Shown piece after piece: positions 21,580 through 36,500 of a stretch of 64,000 nt of DNA. The notes under the pieces are model-generated. The model saw nothing but the letters and a program-made list of their open reading frames with translations, ran no database searches and was not told the origin of the DNA. How positions within the stretch are numbered: position 1 is the first letter of the stretch; every line of letters starts with the position of its first letter. The position numbers and the translations under genes were made by a program. This DNA is from Nemertoderma westbladi (lineage: Eukaryota; Animalia; Xenacoelomorpha): positions 1 to 64,000 of the forward strand of contig JAUCBJ010006806.1 of assembly GCA_032718475.1 (NCBI GenBank), in the 5' to 3' direction.

Positions 21580-24500
21580 GTGAGTGAGGGGCTGATACAG
21601 AAACAGCAGCTAATAGAGGAAGCGGGTGAGTGAGGGGCTGATACAGAAACAGCAGCTAATAGAGGAAGCGGGTGAGTGAGGGGCTGATACAGAAACAGCA
21701 GCTAATAGAGGAAGCGGGTGAGTGAGGGGCTGATACAGAAACAGCAGCTAATAGAGGAAGCGGGTGAGTGAGGGGCTGATACAGAAACAGCAGCTAATAG
21801 AGGAAGCGGGTGAGTGAGGGGCTGATACAGAAACAGCAGCTAATAGAGGAAGCGGGCGAGTGAGGGGCTGATACAGAAACAGCAGCTAATAGAGGAAGCG
21901 GGTGAGTGAGGGGCTGATACAGAAACAGCAGCTAATAGAGGAAGCGGGTGAGTGAGGGGCTGATACAGAAACAGCAGCTAATAGAGGAAGCGGGTGAGTG
22001 AGGGGCTGATACAGAAACAACAGCTAATAGAGGAAGCGGGTGAGTGAGGGGCTGATACAGAAACAGCAGCTAATAGAGGAAGCGGGTGAGTGAGGGGCTG
22101 ATACAGAAACAGCAGCTAATAGAGGAAGCGGGTGAGTGAGGGGCTGATACAGAAAGAGCAGCTGATAAAGGAAGCGGGTGAGTGAGGGGCTGATACAGAA
22201 ACAGCAGCTAATAGAGGAAGCGGGTGAGTGAGGGGCTGATACAGAAACAGCAGCTAATAGAGGAAGCGGGTGAGTGAGGGGCTGATACAGAAAGAGCAGC
22301 TGATAAAGGAAGCGGGTGAGTGAGGGGCTGATACAGAAACAGCAGCTAATGGAGGAAGCGGGTGAGTGAGGGGCTGATACAGAAACAGCAGCTAATAGAG
22401 GAAGCGGGTGAGTGAGGGGCTGATACAGAAACAGCAGCTAATAGAGGAAGCGGGTGAGTGAGGGGCTGATACAGAAAGAGCAGCTAATAGAGGAAGCGGG
22501 TGAGTGAGGGGCTGATACAGAAACAGCAGCTAATAGAGGAAGCGGGTGAGTGAGGGGCTGATACAGAAAGAGCAGCTGATAAAGGAAGCGGGTGAGTGAG
22601 GGGCTGATACAGAAACAGCAGCTAATGGAGGAAGCGGGTGAGTGAGGGGCTGATACAGAAACAGCAGCTAATAGAGGAAGCGGGTGAGTGAGGGGCTGAT
22701 ACAGAAACAGCAGCTGATAGAGGAAGCGGGTGAGTGAGGGGCTGATACAGAAAGAGCAGCTGATAAAGGAAGCGGGTGAGTGAGGGGCTGATATAGAAAG
22801 AGCAGCTGATAGAGGAAGCGGGTGAGTGAGAGGCTGATACAGAAACAGCAGCTAATAGAGGAAGCGGGTGAGTGAGGGGCTGATACAGAAACAGCAGCTA
22901 ATAGAGGAAGCGGGTGAGTGAGGGGCTGATACAGAAACAGCAGCTAATAGAGGAAGCGGGTGAGTGAGGGGCTGATACAGAAACAGCAGCTAATAGAGGA
23001 AGCGGGTGAGTGAGAGGCTGATACAGAAACAGCAGCTAATAGAGGAAGCGGGTGAGTGAGGGGCTGATACAGAAACAGCAGCTAATAGAGGAAGCGGGTG
23101 AGTGAGGGGCTGATACAGAAACATCAGCTAATAGAGGAAGCGGGTGAGTGAGGGGCTGATACAGAAACAGCAGCTAATGGAGGAAGCGGGTGAGTGAGGG
23201 GCTGATACAGAAAGAGCAGCTAATAGAGGAAGCGGGTGAGTGAGGGGCTGATACAGAAAGAGCAGCTAATAGAGGAAGCGGGTGAGAGAGGGGCTGATAC
23301 AGAAACATCAGCTAATAGAGGAAGCGGGTGAGTGAGGGGCTGATACAGAAACAGCAGCTAATAGAGGAAGCGGCTGAGTGAGGGGCTGATACAGAAACAG
23401 CAGCTAATAGAGGAAGCGGGTGAGTGAGGGGCTGATACAGAAACAGCAGCTGATAGAGGAAGCGGGTGAGTGAGGGGCTGATACAGAAACAGCAGCTAAT
23501 AGAGGAAGCGGGTGAGTGAGGGGCTGATACAGAAACAGCAGCTAATAGAGGAAGCGGGTGAGTGAGGGGCTGATACAGAAAGAGCAGCTGATAGAGGAAT
23601 CGGGTGAGTGAGGGGCTGATACATAAACAGCAGCTAATAGAGGAAGCAGGTGAGTGAGGGGCTGATACAGAAACAGCAGCTAATAGAGGAAGCGGGTGAG
23701 TGAGGGGCTGATACAGAAAGAGCAGCTGATAGAGGAAGCGGGTGAGTGAGGGGCTGATACAGAAACAGCAGCTAATAGAGGAAGCGGGTGAGTGAGGGGC
23801 TGATACAATAGAGAAAGCGGATGAGTGAGGGGCTGATACAGAAACAGCAACTAATAGAGGAAGCGGGTGAGTGAGAGGCTGATACAGAAACAGCAGCTAA
23901 TAGAGGAAGCGGGTGAGTGAGGGGCTGATACAGAAACAGCAGCTAATAGAGGAAGCGGGTGAGTGAGGGGCTGATACAGAAACAGCAGCTAATAGAGGAA
24001 GCGGGTGAGTGAGGGGCTGATACAGAAAGAGCAGCTGATAGAGGAAGCGGGTGAGTGAGGGGCTGATACAGAAACAGCAGCTAATAGAGGAAGCGGGTGA
24101 GTGAGGGGCTGATACAGAAACAGCAGCTAATAGAGGAAGCGGGTGAGTGAGGGGCTGATACAGAAACAGCAACTAATAGAGGAAGCGGGTGAGTGAGAGG
24201 CTGATACAGAAACAGCAGCTAATAGAGGAAGCGGGTGAGTGAGGGGCTGATACAGAAACAGCAGCTAATACAGGAAGCGGGTGAAGAGGGGCTGATACAG
24301 AAACAGCAGCTAATAGAGGAAGCGGGTGAGTGAGGGGCTGATACAGAAACAGCAGCTAATAGAGGAAGCGGGTGAGTGAGGGGCTGATACAGAAACAGCA
24401 GCTAATAGAGGAAGCGGGTGAGTGAGAGGCTGATACAGAAACAACAGCTAATAGAGGAAGCGGGTGAGTGAGGGGCTGATACAGAAACAGCAACTAATAG

Positions 24501-27500
24501 AGGAAGCGGGTGAGTGAGGCACTGATACAGAAACAGCAGCTAATAGAGGAAGCGGGTGAGTGAGGGGCTGATACAGAAACAGCAACTAATAGAGGAAGCG
24601 GGTGAGTGAGGCGCTGATACAGAAACAGCAGCTAATAGAGGAAGCGGGTGAGTGAGGGGCTGATACAGAAACAGCAACTAATAGAGGAAGCGGGTGAGTG
24701 AGGGGCTGATACAGAAACAGCAGCTAATAGAGGAAGCGGGTGAGTGAGGGGCTGATACAGAAACATCAGCTAATAGAGGAAGCGGGTGAGTGAGGGGCTG
24801 ATACAGAAACAGCAGCTAATAGAGGAAGCGGGTGAGTGAGGGGCTGATACAGAAACAGCAACTAATAGAGGAAGCGGGTGAGTGAGAGGCTGATACAGAA
24901 ACAGCAGCTAATAGAGGAAGCGGGTGAGTGAGGGGCTGATACAGAAACAGCAGCTAATAGAGGAAGCGGGTGAGTGAGGGGCTGATACAGAAACAGCAGC
25001 TAATAGAGGAAGCGGGTGAGTGAGGGGCTGATACAGAAACAGCAGCTAATAGAGGAAGCGGGTGAGTGAGGGGCTGATACAGAAACAGCAACTAATAGAG
25101 GAAGCGGGTGAGTGAGGCGCTGATACAGAAACAGCAGCTATTAGAGGAAGCGGGTGAGTGAGGGGCTGATACAGAAACAGCAACTAATAGAGGAAGCGGG
25201 TGAGTGAGGGGCTGATACAGAAACAGCAGCTGATAGAGGAAGCGGGTGAGTGAGGGGCTGATACAGAAACAGCAGCTAATAGAGGAAGCGGGTGAGTGAG
25301 GGGCTGATACAGAAACAGCAGCTAATAGAGGAAGCGGGTGAGTGAGGGGCTGATACAGAAACAGCAACTAATAGAGGAAGCGGGTGAGTGAGAGGCTGAT
25401 ACAGAAACAGCAGCTAATAGAGGAAGCGGGTGAGTGAGGGGCTGATACGAAACAGCAGCTAATAGAGGAAGCGGGTGAGTGAGGGGCTGATACAGAAACA
25501 GCAGCTAATAGAGGAAGCGGGTGAGTGAGGGGCTGATACAGAAACAGCAGCTAATAGAGGAAGCGGGTGAGTGAGGGGCTGATACAGAAACAGCAGCTAA
25601 TAGAGGAAGCGGGTGAGTGAGGGGCTGATACAGAAACAGCAACTAATAGAGGAAGCGGGTGAGTGAGGCGCTGATACAGAAACAGCAGCTAATAGAGGAA
25701 GCGGGTGAGTGAGGGGCTGATACAGAAACAGCAACTAATAGAGGAAGCGGGTGAGTGAGGGGCTGATACAGAAACAGCAGCTAATAGAGGAAGCGGGTGA
25801 GTGAGGGGCTGATACAGAAACATCAGCTAATAGAGGAAGCGGGTGAGTGAGGGGCTGATACAGAAACAGCAGCTAATAGAGGAAGCGGGTGAGTGAGGGG
25901 CTGATACAGAAACAGCAACTAATAGAGGAAGCGGGTGAGTGAGGGGCTGATACAGAAAGAGCAGCTGATAGAGGAAGCGGATGAGTGAGGGGCTGATACA
26001 GAAACAGCAGCTAATAGAGGAAGCGGGTGAGTGAGGGGCTGATACAGAAACAGCAGCTAATAGAGGAAGCGGGTGAGTGAGGGGCTGATACAGAAACAGC
26101 AACTAATAGAGGAAGCGGGTGAGTGAGAGGCTGATACAGAAACAGCAGCTAATAGAGGAAGCGGGTGAGTGAGGGGCTGATACAGAAACAGCAGCTAATA
26201 CAGGAAGCGGGTGAAGAGGGGCTGATACAGAAACAGCAGCTAATAGAGGAAGCGGGTGAGTGAGGGGCTGATACAGAAACAGCAGCTAATAGAGGAAGCG
26301 GGTGAGTGAGGGGCTGATACAGAAACAGCAGCTAATAGAGGAAGCGGGTGAGTGAGAGGCTGATACAGAAACAACAGCTAATAGAGGAAGCGGGTGAGTG
26401 AGGGGCTGATACAGAAACAGCAACTAATAGAGGAAGCGGGTGAGTGAGAGGCTGATACAGAAACAGCAGCTAATAGAGGAAGCGGGTGAGTGAGGGGCTG
26501 ATACGAAACAGCAGCTAATAGAGGAAGCGGGTGAGTGAGGGGCTGATACAGAAACAGCAGCTAATAGAGGAAGCGGGTGAGTGAGGGGCTGATACAGAAA
26601 CAGCAGCTAATAGAGGAAGCGGGTGAGTGAGGGGCTGATACAGAAACAGCAACTAATAGAGGAAGCGGGTGAGTGAGGCGCTGATACAGAAACAGCAGCT
26701 AATAGAGGAAGCGGGTGAGTGAGGGGCTGATACAGAAACAGCAGCTAATAGAGGAAGCGGGTGAGTGAGGGGCTGATACAGAAACAGCAGCTAATAGAGG
26801 AAGCGGGTGAGTAAGAGGCTGATACAGAAACAGCAGCTAATAGAGGAAGCGGGTGAGTGAGGGGCTGATACAGAAACAGCAGCTAATAGAGGAAGCGGGT
26901 GAGTGAGGGGCTGATACAGAAACAGCAACTAATAGAGGAAGCGGGTGAGTGAGAGGCTGATACAGAAACAGCAGCTAATAGAGGAAGCGGGTGAGTGAGG
27001 GGCTGATACAGAAACAGCAGCTAATAGAGGAAGCGGGTGAGTGAGGGGCTGATACAGAAACAGCAGCTAATAGAGGAAGCGGGTGAGTGAGGGGCTGATA
27101 CAGAAACAGCAGCTAATAGAGGAAGCGGGTGAGTGAGGGGCTGATACAGAAACAGCAACTAATAGAGGAAGCGGGTGAGTGAGGCGCTGATACAGAAACA
27201 GCAGCTATTAGAGGAAGCGGGTGAGTGAGGGGCTGATACAGAAACAGCAACTAATAGAGGAAGCGGGTGAGTGAGGGGCTGATACAGAAACAGCAGCTGA
27301 TAGAGGAAGCGGGTGAGTGAGGGGCTGATACAGAAACAGCAGCTAATAGAGGAAGCGGGTGAGTGAGGGGCTGATACAGAAACAGCAGCTAATAGAGGAA
27401 GCGGGTGAGTGAGGGGCTGATACAGAAACAGCAACTAATAGAGGAAGCGGGTGAGTGAGAGGCTGATACAGAATCAGCAGCTAATAGAGGAAGCGGGTGA

Positions 27501-30500
27501 GTGAGGGGCTGATACGAAACAGCAGCTAATAGAGGAAGCGGGTGAGTGAGGGGCTGATACAGAAACAGCAGCTAATAGAGGAAGCGGGTGAGTGAGGGGC
27601 TGATACAGAAACAGCAGCTAATAGAGGAAGCGGGTGAGTGAGGGGCTGATACAGAAACAGCAGCTAATAGAGGAAGCGGGTGAGTGAGAGGCTGATACAG
27701 AAACAACAGCTAATAGAGGAAGCGGGTGAGTGAGGGGCTGATACAGAAACAGCAACTAATAGAGGAAGCGGGTGAGTGAGGGGCTGATACAGAAACAGCA
27801 GCTAATAGAGGAAGCGGGTGCCGGGTGAGTGAGGGGCTGATACAGAAACAGCAACTAATAGAGGAAGCGGGTGAGTGAGGGGCTGATACAGAAACAGCAA
27901 CTAATAGAGGAAGCGCGTGAGTGAGGGGCTGATACTGAAACAGCAACAAATAGAGGAAGCGGGTGAGTGAGGGGCTGATACAGAAACAGCAGCTAATAGA
28001 GGAAGCGGGTGAGTGAGGGGCTGATACAGAAACAGCAACTAATAGAGGAAGCGGGTGAGTGAGGCGCTGATACAGAGACAGCAGCTAATAGAGGAAGCGG
28101 GTGAGTGAGGGGCTGATACAGAAACAGCAACTAATAGAGGAAGCGGGTGAGTGAGGCGCTGATACAGAAACAGCAGCTAATAGAGGAAGCGGGTGAGTGA
28201 GGGGCTGATACAGAAACAGCAACTAATAGAGGAAGCGGGTGAGTGAGGGGCTGATACAGAAACAGCAGCTAATAGAGGAAGCGGGTGAGTGAGGGGCTGA
28301 TACAGAAACAGCAGCTAATAGAGGAAGCGGGTGAGTGAGGGGCTGATACAGAAACAGCAGCTAATAGAGGAAGCGGGTGAGTGAGGGGCTGATACAGAAA
28401 CAGCAACTAATAGAGGAAGCGGGTGAGTGAGAGGCTGATACAGAAACAGCAGCTAATAGAGGAAGCGGGTGAGTGAGGGGCTGATACAGAAACAGCAACT
28501 AATAGAGGAAGCGGGTGAGTGAGGGGCTGATACAGAAACAGCAGCCAATAGAGGAAGCGGGTGAGTGAGGGGCTGATACAGAAACAGCAGCTAATAGAGG
28601 AAGCGGGTGAGTGAGGGGCTGATACAGAAACAGCAACTAATAGAGGAAGCGGGTGAGTGAGGCGCTGATACAGAAACAGCAGCTAATAGAGGAAGTGGGT
28701 GAGTGAGGGGCTGATACAGAAACAGCAACTAATAGAGGAAGCGGGTGAGTGAGAGGCTGATACAGAAACAGCAGCTAATAGAGGGAGCGGGTGAGTGAGG
28801 GGCTGATACAGAAACAGCAGCTAATAGAGGAAGCGGGTGAATTGGGGGCTGATACAGAAACAGCAGCTAATAGAGGAAGTGGGTGAGTGAGGGGCTGATA
28901 CAGAAACAGCAGCTAATAGAGGAAGCGGGTGAGTGAGGGGCTGATACAGAAACAGCAGCTAATAGAGGAAGCGGGTGAGCGAGGGGCTGATACAGAAACA
29001 GCAGCTAATAGAGGAAGCGGGTGAGTGAGGGGCTGATACAGAAACAGCAGCTAATAGAGGAAGCGGGTGAGTGAGGGGCTGATACAGAAACAGCAACTAA
29101 TAGAGGAAGCGGGTGAGTGAGGGGCTGATACAGAAACAGCAACTAATAGAGGAAGCGGGTGAGTGAGGGGCTGATACAGAAACAGCAGCTAATAGAGGAA
29201 GCGGGTGAGTGAGGGGCTTATACAGAAACAGCAGCTAATAGAGGAAGCGGGTGAGTGAGGGGCTGATACAGAAACAACAGCTAATAGAGGAAGCGGGTGA
29301 ATTGGGGGGCTGATACAGAAACATCAGCTAATAGAGGAAGCGGGTGAGTGAGGGGCTGATACAGAAACAACAGCTAATAGAGGAAGCGGGTGAGTGAGGG
29401 GCTGATACAGAAACAGCAGCTAATAGAGGAAGCGGGTGAATTGGGGGGCTGATACAGAAACAGCAGCTAATAGAGGAAGCGGGTGAGTGATGGGCTGATA
29501 CAGAAACAGCAGCTAATAGAGGAAGCGGGTGAGTGAGGGGCTGATACAGAAAGAGCAGCTAATAGAGGAAGCGGGTGAGTGAGGGGCTGATACAGAAACA
29601 GCAGCTAATAGAGGAAGCGGGTGAGTGAGGGGCTGATACAGAAAGAGCAGCTGATAAAGGAAGCGGGTGAGTGAGGGGCTGATACAGAAACAGCAGCTAA
29701 TGGAGGAAGCGGGTGAGTGAGGGGCTGATACAGAAAGAGCAGCTGATAAAGGAAGCGGGTGAGTGAGGGGCTGATACAGAAACAGCAGCTAATGGAGGAA
29801 GCGGGTGAGTGAGGGGCTGATACAGAAACAGCAGCTAATAGAGGAAGCGGGTGAGTGAGGGGCTGATACAGAAACAGCAGCTAATAGAGGAAGCGGGTGA
29901 GTGAGGGGCTGATACAGAAAGAGCAGCTAATAGAGGAAGCGGGTGAGTGAGGGGCTGATACAGAAACAGCAGCTAATAGAGGAAGCGGGTGAGTGAGGGG
30001 CTGATACAGAAAGAGCAGCTGATAAAGGAAGCGGGTGAGTGAGGGGCTGATACAGAAACAGCAGCTAATGGAGGAAGCGGGTGAGTGAGGGGCTGATACA
30101 GAAACAGCAGCTAATAGAGGAAGCGGGTGAGTGAGGGGCTGGCTGATACAGAAACAGCAGCTAATAGAGGAAGCGGGTGAGTGAGGGGCTGATACAGAAA
30201 CAGCAGCTAATAGAGGAAGCGGGTGAGTGAGGGGCTGATACAGAAACAGCAACTAATAGAGGAAGCGGGTGAGTGAGAGGCTGATACAGAAACAGCAGCT
30301 AATAGAGGAAGCGGGTGAGTGAGGGGCTGATACAGAAACAGCAACTAATAGAGGAAGCGGGTGTGTGAGGGGCTGATACAGAAACAGCAGCTAATAGAGG
30401 AAGCGGGTGAGTGAGGGGCTGATACAGAAACAGCAGCTAATAGAGGAAGCGGGTGAGTGAGGGGCTGATACAGAAACAGCAACTAATAGAGGAAGCGGGT

Positions 30501-33500
30501 GAGTGAGGCGCTGATACAGAAACAGCAGCTAATAGAGGAAGTGGGTGAGTGAGGGGCTGATACAGAAACAGCAACTAATAGAGGAAGCGGGTGAGTGAGA
30601 GGCTGATACAGAAACAGCAGCTAATAGAGGGAGCGGGTGAGTGAGGGGCTGATACAGAAACAGCAGCTAATAGAGGAAGCGGGTGAATTGGGGGCTGATA
30701 CAGAAACAGCAGCTAATAGAGGAAGTGGGTGAGTGAGGGGCTGATACAGAAACAGCAGCTAATAGAGGAAGCGGGTGAGTGAGGGGCTGATACAGAAACA
30801 GCAGCTAATAGAGGAAGCGGGTGAGCGAGGGGCTGATACAGAAACAGCAGCTAATAGAGGAAGCGGGTGAGTGAGGGGCTGATACAGAAACAGCAGCTAA
30901 TAGAGGAAGCGGGTGAGTGAGGGGCTGATACAGAAACAGCAACTAATAGAGGAAGCGGGTGAGTGAGGGGCTGATACAGAAACAGCAACTAATAGAGGAA
31001 GCGGGTGAGTGAGGGGCTGATACAGAAACAGCAGCTAATAGAGGAAGCGGGTGAGTGAGGGGCTTATACAGAAACAGCAGCTAATAGAGGAAGCGGGTGA
31101 GTGAGGGGCTGATACAGAAACAACAGCTAATAGAGGAAGCGGGTGAATTGGGGGGCTGATACAGAAACATCAGCTAATAGAGGAAGCGGGTGAGTGAGGG
31201 GCTGATACAGAAACAACAGCTAATAGAGGAAGCGGGTGAGTGAGGGGCTGATACAGAAACAGCAGCTAATAGAGGAAGCGGGTGAATTGGGGGGCTGATA
31301 CAGAAACAGCAGCTAATAGAGGAAGCGGGTGAGTGATGGGCTGATACAGAAACAGCAGCTAATAGAGGAAGCGGGTGAGTGAGGGGCTGATACAGAAAGA
31401 GCAGCTAATAGAGGAAGCGGGTGAGTGAGGGGCTGATACAGAAACAGCAGCTAATAGAGGAAGCGGGTGAGTGAGGGGCTGATACAGAAAGAGCAGCTGA
31501 TAAAGGAAGCGGGTGAGTGAGGGGCTGATACAGAAACAGCAGCTAATGGAGGAAGCGGGTGAGTGAGGGGCTGATACAGAAACAGCAACTAATAGAGGAA
31601 GCGGGTGAGTGAGGCACTGATACAGAAACAGCAGCTAATAGAGGAAGCGGGTGAGTGAGGGGCTGATACAGAAACAGCAACTAATAGAGGAAGCGGGTGA
31701 GTGAGGCGCTGATACAGAAACAGCAGCTAATAGAGGAAGCGGGTGAGTGAGGGGCTGATACAGAAACAGCAACTAATAGAGGAAGCGGGTGAGTGAGGGG
31801 CTGATACAGAAACAGCAGCTAATAGAGGAAGCGGGTGAGTGAGGGGCTGATACAGAAACATCAGCTAATAGAGGAAGCGGGTGAGTGAGGGGCTGATACA
31901 GAAACAGCAGCTAATAGAGGAAGCGGGTGAGTGAGGGGCTGATACAGAAACAGCAACTAATAGAGGAAGCGGTTGAGTGAGAGGCTGATACAGAAACAGC
32001 AGCTAATAGAGGAAGCGGGTGAGTGAGGGGCTGATACAGAAACAGCAGCTAATAGAGGAAGCGGGTGAGTGAGGGACTGATACAGAAACAGCAGCTAATA
32101 GAGGAAGCGGGTGAGTGAGGGGCTGATACAGAAACAGCAGCTAATAGAGGAAGCGGGTGAGTGAGGGGCTGATACAGAAACAGCAACTAATAGAGGAAGC
32201 GGGTGAGTGAGGCGCTGATACAGAAACAGCAGCTATTAGAGGAAGCGGGTGAGTGAGGGGCTGATACAGAAACAGCAACTAATAGAGGAAGCGGGTGAGT
32301 GAGGGGCTGATACAGAAACAGCAGCTGATAGAGGAAGCGGGTGAGTGAGGGGCTGATACAGAAACAGCAGCTAATAGAGGAAGCGGGTGAGTGAGGGGCT
32401 GATACAGAAACAGCAGCTAATAGAGGAAGCGGGTGAGTGAGGGGCTGATACAGAAACAGCAACTAATAGAGGAAGCGGGTGAGTGAGAGGCTGATACAGA
32501 AACAGCAGCTAATAGAGGAAGCGGGTGAGTGAGGGGCTGATACGAAACAGCAGCTAATAGAGGAAGTGGGTGAGTGAGGGGCTGATACAGAAACAGCAGC
32601 TAATAGAGGAAGCGGGTGAGTGAGGGGCTGATACAGAAACAGCAGCTAATAGAGGAAGCGGGTGAGTGAGGGGCTGATACAGAAACAGCAGCTAATAGAG
32701 GAAGCGGGTGAGTGAGAGGCTGATACAGAAACAACAGCTAATAGAGGAAGCGGGTGAGTGAGGGGCTGATACAGAAACAGCAACTAATAGAGGAAGCGGG
32801 TGAGTGAGGGGCTGATACAGAAACAGCAGCTAATAGAGGAAGCGGGTGCCGGGTGAGTGAGGGGCTGATACAGAAACAGCAACTAATAGAGGAAGCGGGT
32901 GAGTGAGGGGCTGATACAGAAACAGCAACTAATAGAGGAAGCGCGTGAGTGAGGGGCTGATACTGAAACAGCAACATATAGAGGAAGCGGGTGAGTGAGG
33001 GGCTGATACAGAAACAGCAGCTAATAGAGGAAGCGGGTGAGTGAGGGGCTGATACAGAAACAGCAACTAATAGAGGAAGCGGGTGAGTGAGGCGCTGATA
33101 CAGAAACAGCAGCTAATAGACGAAGCGGGTGAGTGAGGGGCTGATACAGAAACAGCAACTAATAGAGGAAGCGGGTGAGAGAGGCGCTGATACAGAAACA
33201 GCAGCTAATAGAGGAAGCGGGTGAGTGAGGGGCTGATACAGAAACAGCAGCTAATAGAGGAAGCGGGTGAGTGAGGGGCTGATACAGAAAGAGCAGCTGA
33301 TAGAGGAAGCGGGTGAGTGAGGGGCTGATACAGAAACAGCAGCTAATAGAGGAAGCGGGTGAGTGAGGGGCTGATACAGAAACAGCAGCTAATAGAGGAA
33401 GCGGGTGAGTGAGGGGCTGATACAGAAACAGCAACTAATAGAGGAAGCGGGTGAGTGAGAGGCTGATACAGAAACAGCAGCTAATAGAGGAAGCGGGTGA

Positions 33501-36500
33501 GTGAGGGGCTGATACAGAAACAGCAGCTAATACAGGAAGCAGGTGAAGAGGGGCTGATACAGAAACAGCAGCTAATAGAGGAAGCGGGTGAGTGAGGGGC
33601 TGATACAGAAACAGCAGCTAATAGAGGAAGCGGGTGAGTGAGGGGCTGATACAGAAACAGCAGCTAATAGAGGAAGCGGGTGAGTGAGAGGCTGATACAG
33701 AAACAGCAGCTAATAGAGGAAGTGGGTGAGTGAGGGGCTGATACAGAAACAGCAACTAATAGAGGAAGCGGGTGAGTGAGGCACTGATACAGAAACAGCA
33801 GCTAATAGAGGAAGCGGGTGAGTGAGGGGCTGATACAGAAACAGCAGCTAATAGAGGAAGCGGGTGAGTGAGGGGCTGATACAGAAACAGCAACTAATAG
33901 AGGAAGCGGTTGAGTGAGAGGCTGATACAGAAACAGCAGCTAATAGAGGAAGCGGGTGAGTGAGGGGCTGATACAGAAACAGCAGCTAATAGAGGAAGCG
34001 GGTGAGTGAGGGACTGATACAGAAACAGCAGCTAATAGAGGAAGCGGGTGAGTGAGGGGCTGATACAGAAACAGCAGCTAATAGAGGAAGCGGGTGAGTG
34101 AGGGGCTGATACAGAAACAGCAACTAATAGAGGAAGCGGGTGAGTGAGGCGCTGATACAGAAACAGCAGCTATTAGAGGAAGCGGGTGAGTGAGGGGCTG
34201 ATACAGAAACAGCAACTAATAGAGGAAGCGGGTGAGTGAGGGGCTGATACAGAAACAGCAGCTGATAGAGGAAGCGGGTGAGTGAGGGGCTGATACAGAA
34301 ACAGCAGCTAATAGAGGAAGCGGGTGAGTGAGGGGCTGATACAGAAACAGCAGCTAATAGAGGAAGCGGGTGAGTGAGGGGCTGATACAGAAACAGCAAC
34401 TAATAGAGGAAGCGGGTGAGTGAGAGGCTGATACAGAAACAGCAGCTAATAGAGGAAGCGGGTGAGTGAGGGGCTGATACGAAACAGCAGCTAATAGAGG
34501 AAGTGGGTGAGTGAGGGGCTGATACAGAAACAGCAGCTAATAGAGGAAGCGGGTGAGTGAGGGGCTGATACAGAAACAGCAGCTAATAGAGGAAGCGGGT
34601 GAGTGAGGGGCTGATACAGAAACAGCAGCTAATAGAGGAAGCGGGTGAGTGAGAGGCTGATACAGAAACAACAGCTAATAGAGGAAGCGGGTGAGTGAGG
34701 GGCTGATACAGAAACAGCAACTAATAGAGGAAGCGGGTGAGTGAGGGGCTGATACAGAAACAGCAGCTAATAGAGGAAGCGGGTGCCGGGTGAGTGAGGG
34801 GCTGATACAGAAACAGCAACTAATAGAGGAAGCGGGTGAGTGAGGGGCTGATACAGAAACAGCAACTAATAGAGGAAGCGCGTGAGTGAGGGGCTGATAC
34901 TGAAACAGCAACATATAGAGGAAGCGGGTGAGTGAGGGGCTGATACAGAAACAGCAGCTAATAGAGGAAGCGGGTGAGTGAGGGGCTGATACAGAAACAG
35001 CAACTAATAGAGGAAGCGGGTGAGTGAGGCGCTGATACAGAAACAGCAGCTAATAGACGAAGCGGGTGAGTGAGGGGCTGATACAGAAACAGCAACTAAT
35101 AGAGGAAGCGGGTGAGAGAGGCGCTGATACAGAAACAGCAGCTAATAGAGGAAGCGGGTGAGTGAGGGGCTGATACAGAAACAGCAGCTAATAGAGGAAG
35201 CGGGTGAGTGAGGGGCTGATACAGAAAGAGCAGCTGATAGAGGAAGCGGGTGAGTGAGGGGCTGATACAGAAACAGCAGCTAATAGAGGAAGCGGGTGAG
35301 TGAGGGGCTGATACAGAAACAGCAGCTAATAGAGGAAGCGGGTGAGTGAGGGGCTGATACAGAAACAGCAACTAATAGAGGAAGCGGGTGAGTGAGAGGC
35401 TGATACAGAAACAGCAGCTAATAGAGGAAGCGGGTGAGTGAGGGGCTGATACAGAAACAGCAGCTAATACAGGAAGCGGGTGAAGAGGGGCTGATACAGA
35501 AACAGCAGCTAATAGAGGAAGCGGGTGAGTGAGGGGCTGATACAGAAACAGCAGCTAATAGAGGAAGCGGGTGAGTGAGGGGCTGATACAGAAACAGCAG
35601 CTAATAGAGGAAGCGGGTGAGTGAGAGGCTGATACAGAAACAGCAGCTAATAGAGGAAGTGGGTGAGTGAGGGGCTAATACAGAAACAGCAACTAATAGA
35701 GGAAGCGGGTGAGTGAGGCACTGATACAGAAACAGCAGCTAATAGAGGAAGCGGGTGAGTGAGGGGCTGATACAGAAACAGCAACTAATAGAGGAAGCGG
35801 GTGAGTGAGGCGCTGATACAGAAACAGCAGCTAATAGAGGAAGCGGGTGAGTGAGGGGCTGATACAGAAACAGCAACTAATAGAGGAAGCGGGTGAGTGA
35901 GGGGCTGATACAGAAACAGCAGCTAATAGAGGAAGCGGGTGAGTGAGGGGCTGATACAGAAACATCAGCTAATAGAGGAAGCGGGTGAGTGAGGGGCTGA
36001 TACAGAAACAGCAGCTAATAGAGGAAGCGGGTGAGTGAGGGGCTGATACAGAAACAGCAACTAATAAAGGAAGCGGGTGAGTGAGGGGCTGATACAAAAA
36101 CAGCAACTAATAGAGGAAGCGGGTGAGTGAGGGGCTGATACAGAAACAGCAGCTAATAGAGGAAGCGGGTGAGTGAGGGGCTTATACAGAAACAGCAGCT
36201 AATAGAGGAAGCGGGTGAGTGAGGGGCTGATACAGAAACAACAGCTAATAGAGGAAGCGGGTGAATTGGGGGGCTGATACAGAAACATCAGCTAATAGAG
36301 GAAGCGGGTGAGTGAGGGGCTGATACAGAAACAACAGCTAATAGAGGAAGCGGGTGAATGAGGGGCTGATACAGAAACAGCAGCTAATAGAGGAAGCGGG
36401 TGAATTGGGGGGCTGATACAGAAACAGCAGCTAATAGAGGAAGCGGGTGAGTGATGGGCTGATACAGAAACAGCAGCTAATAGAGGAAGCGGGTGAGTGA

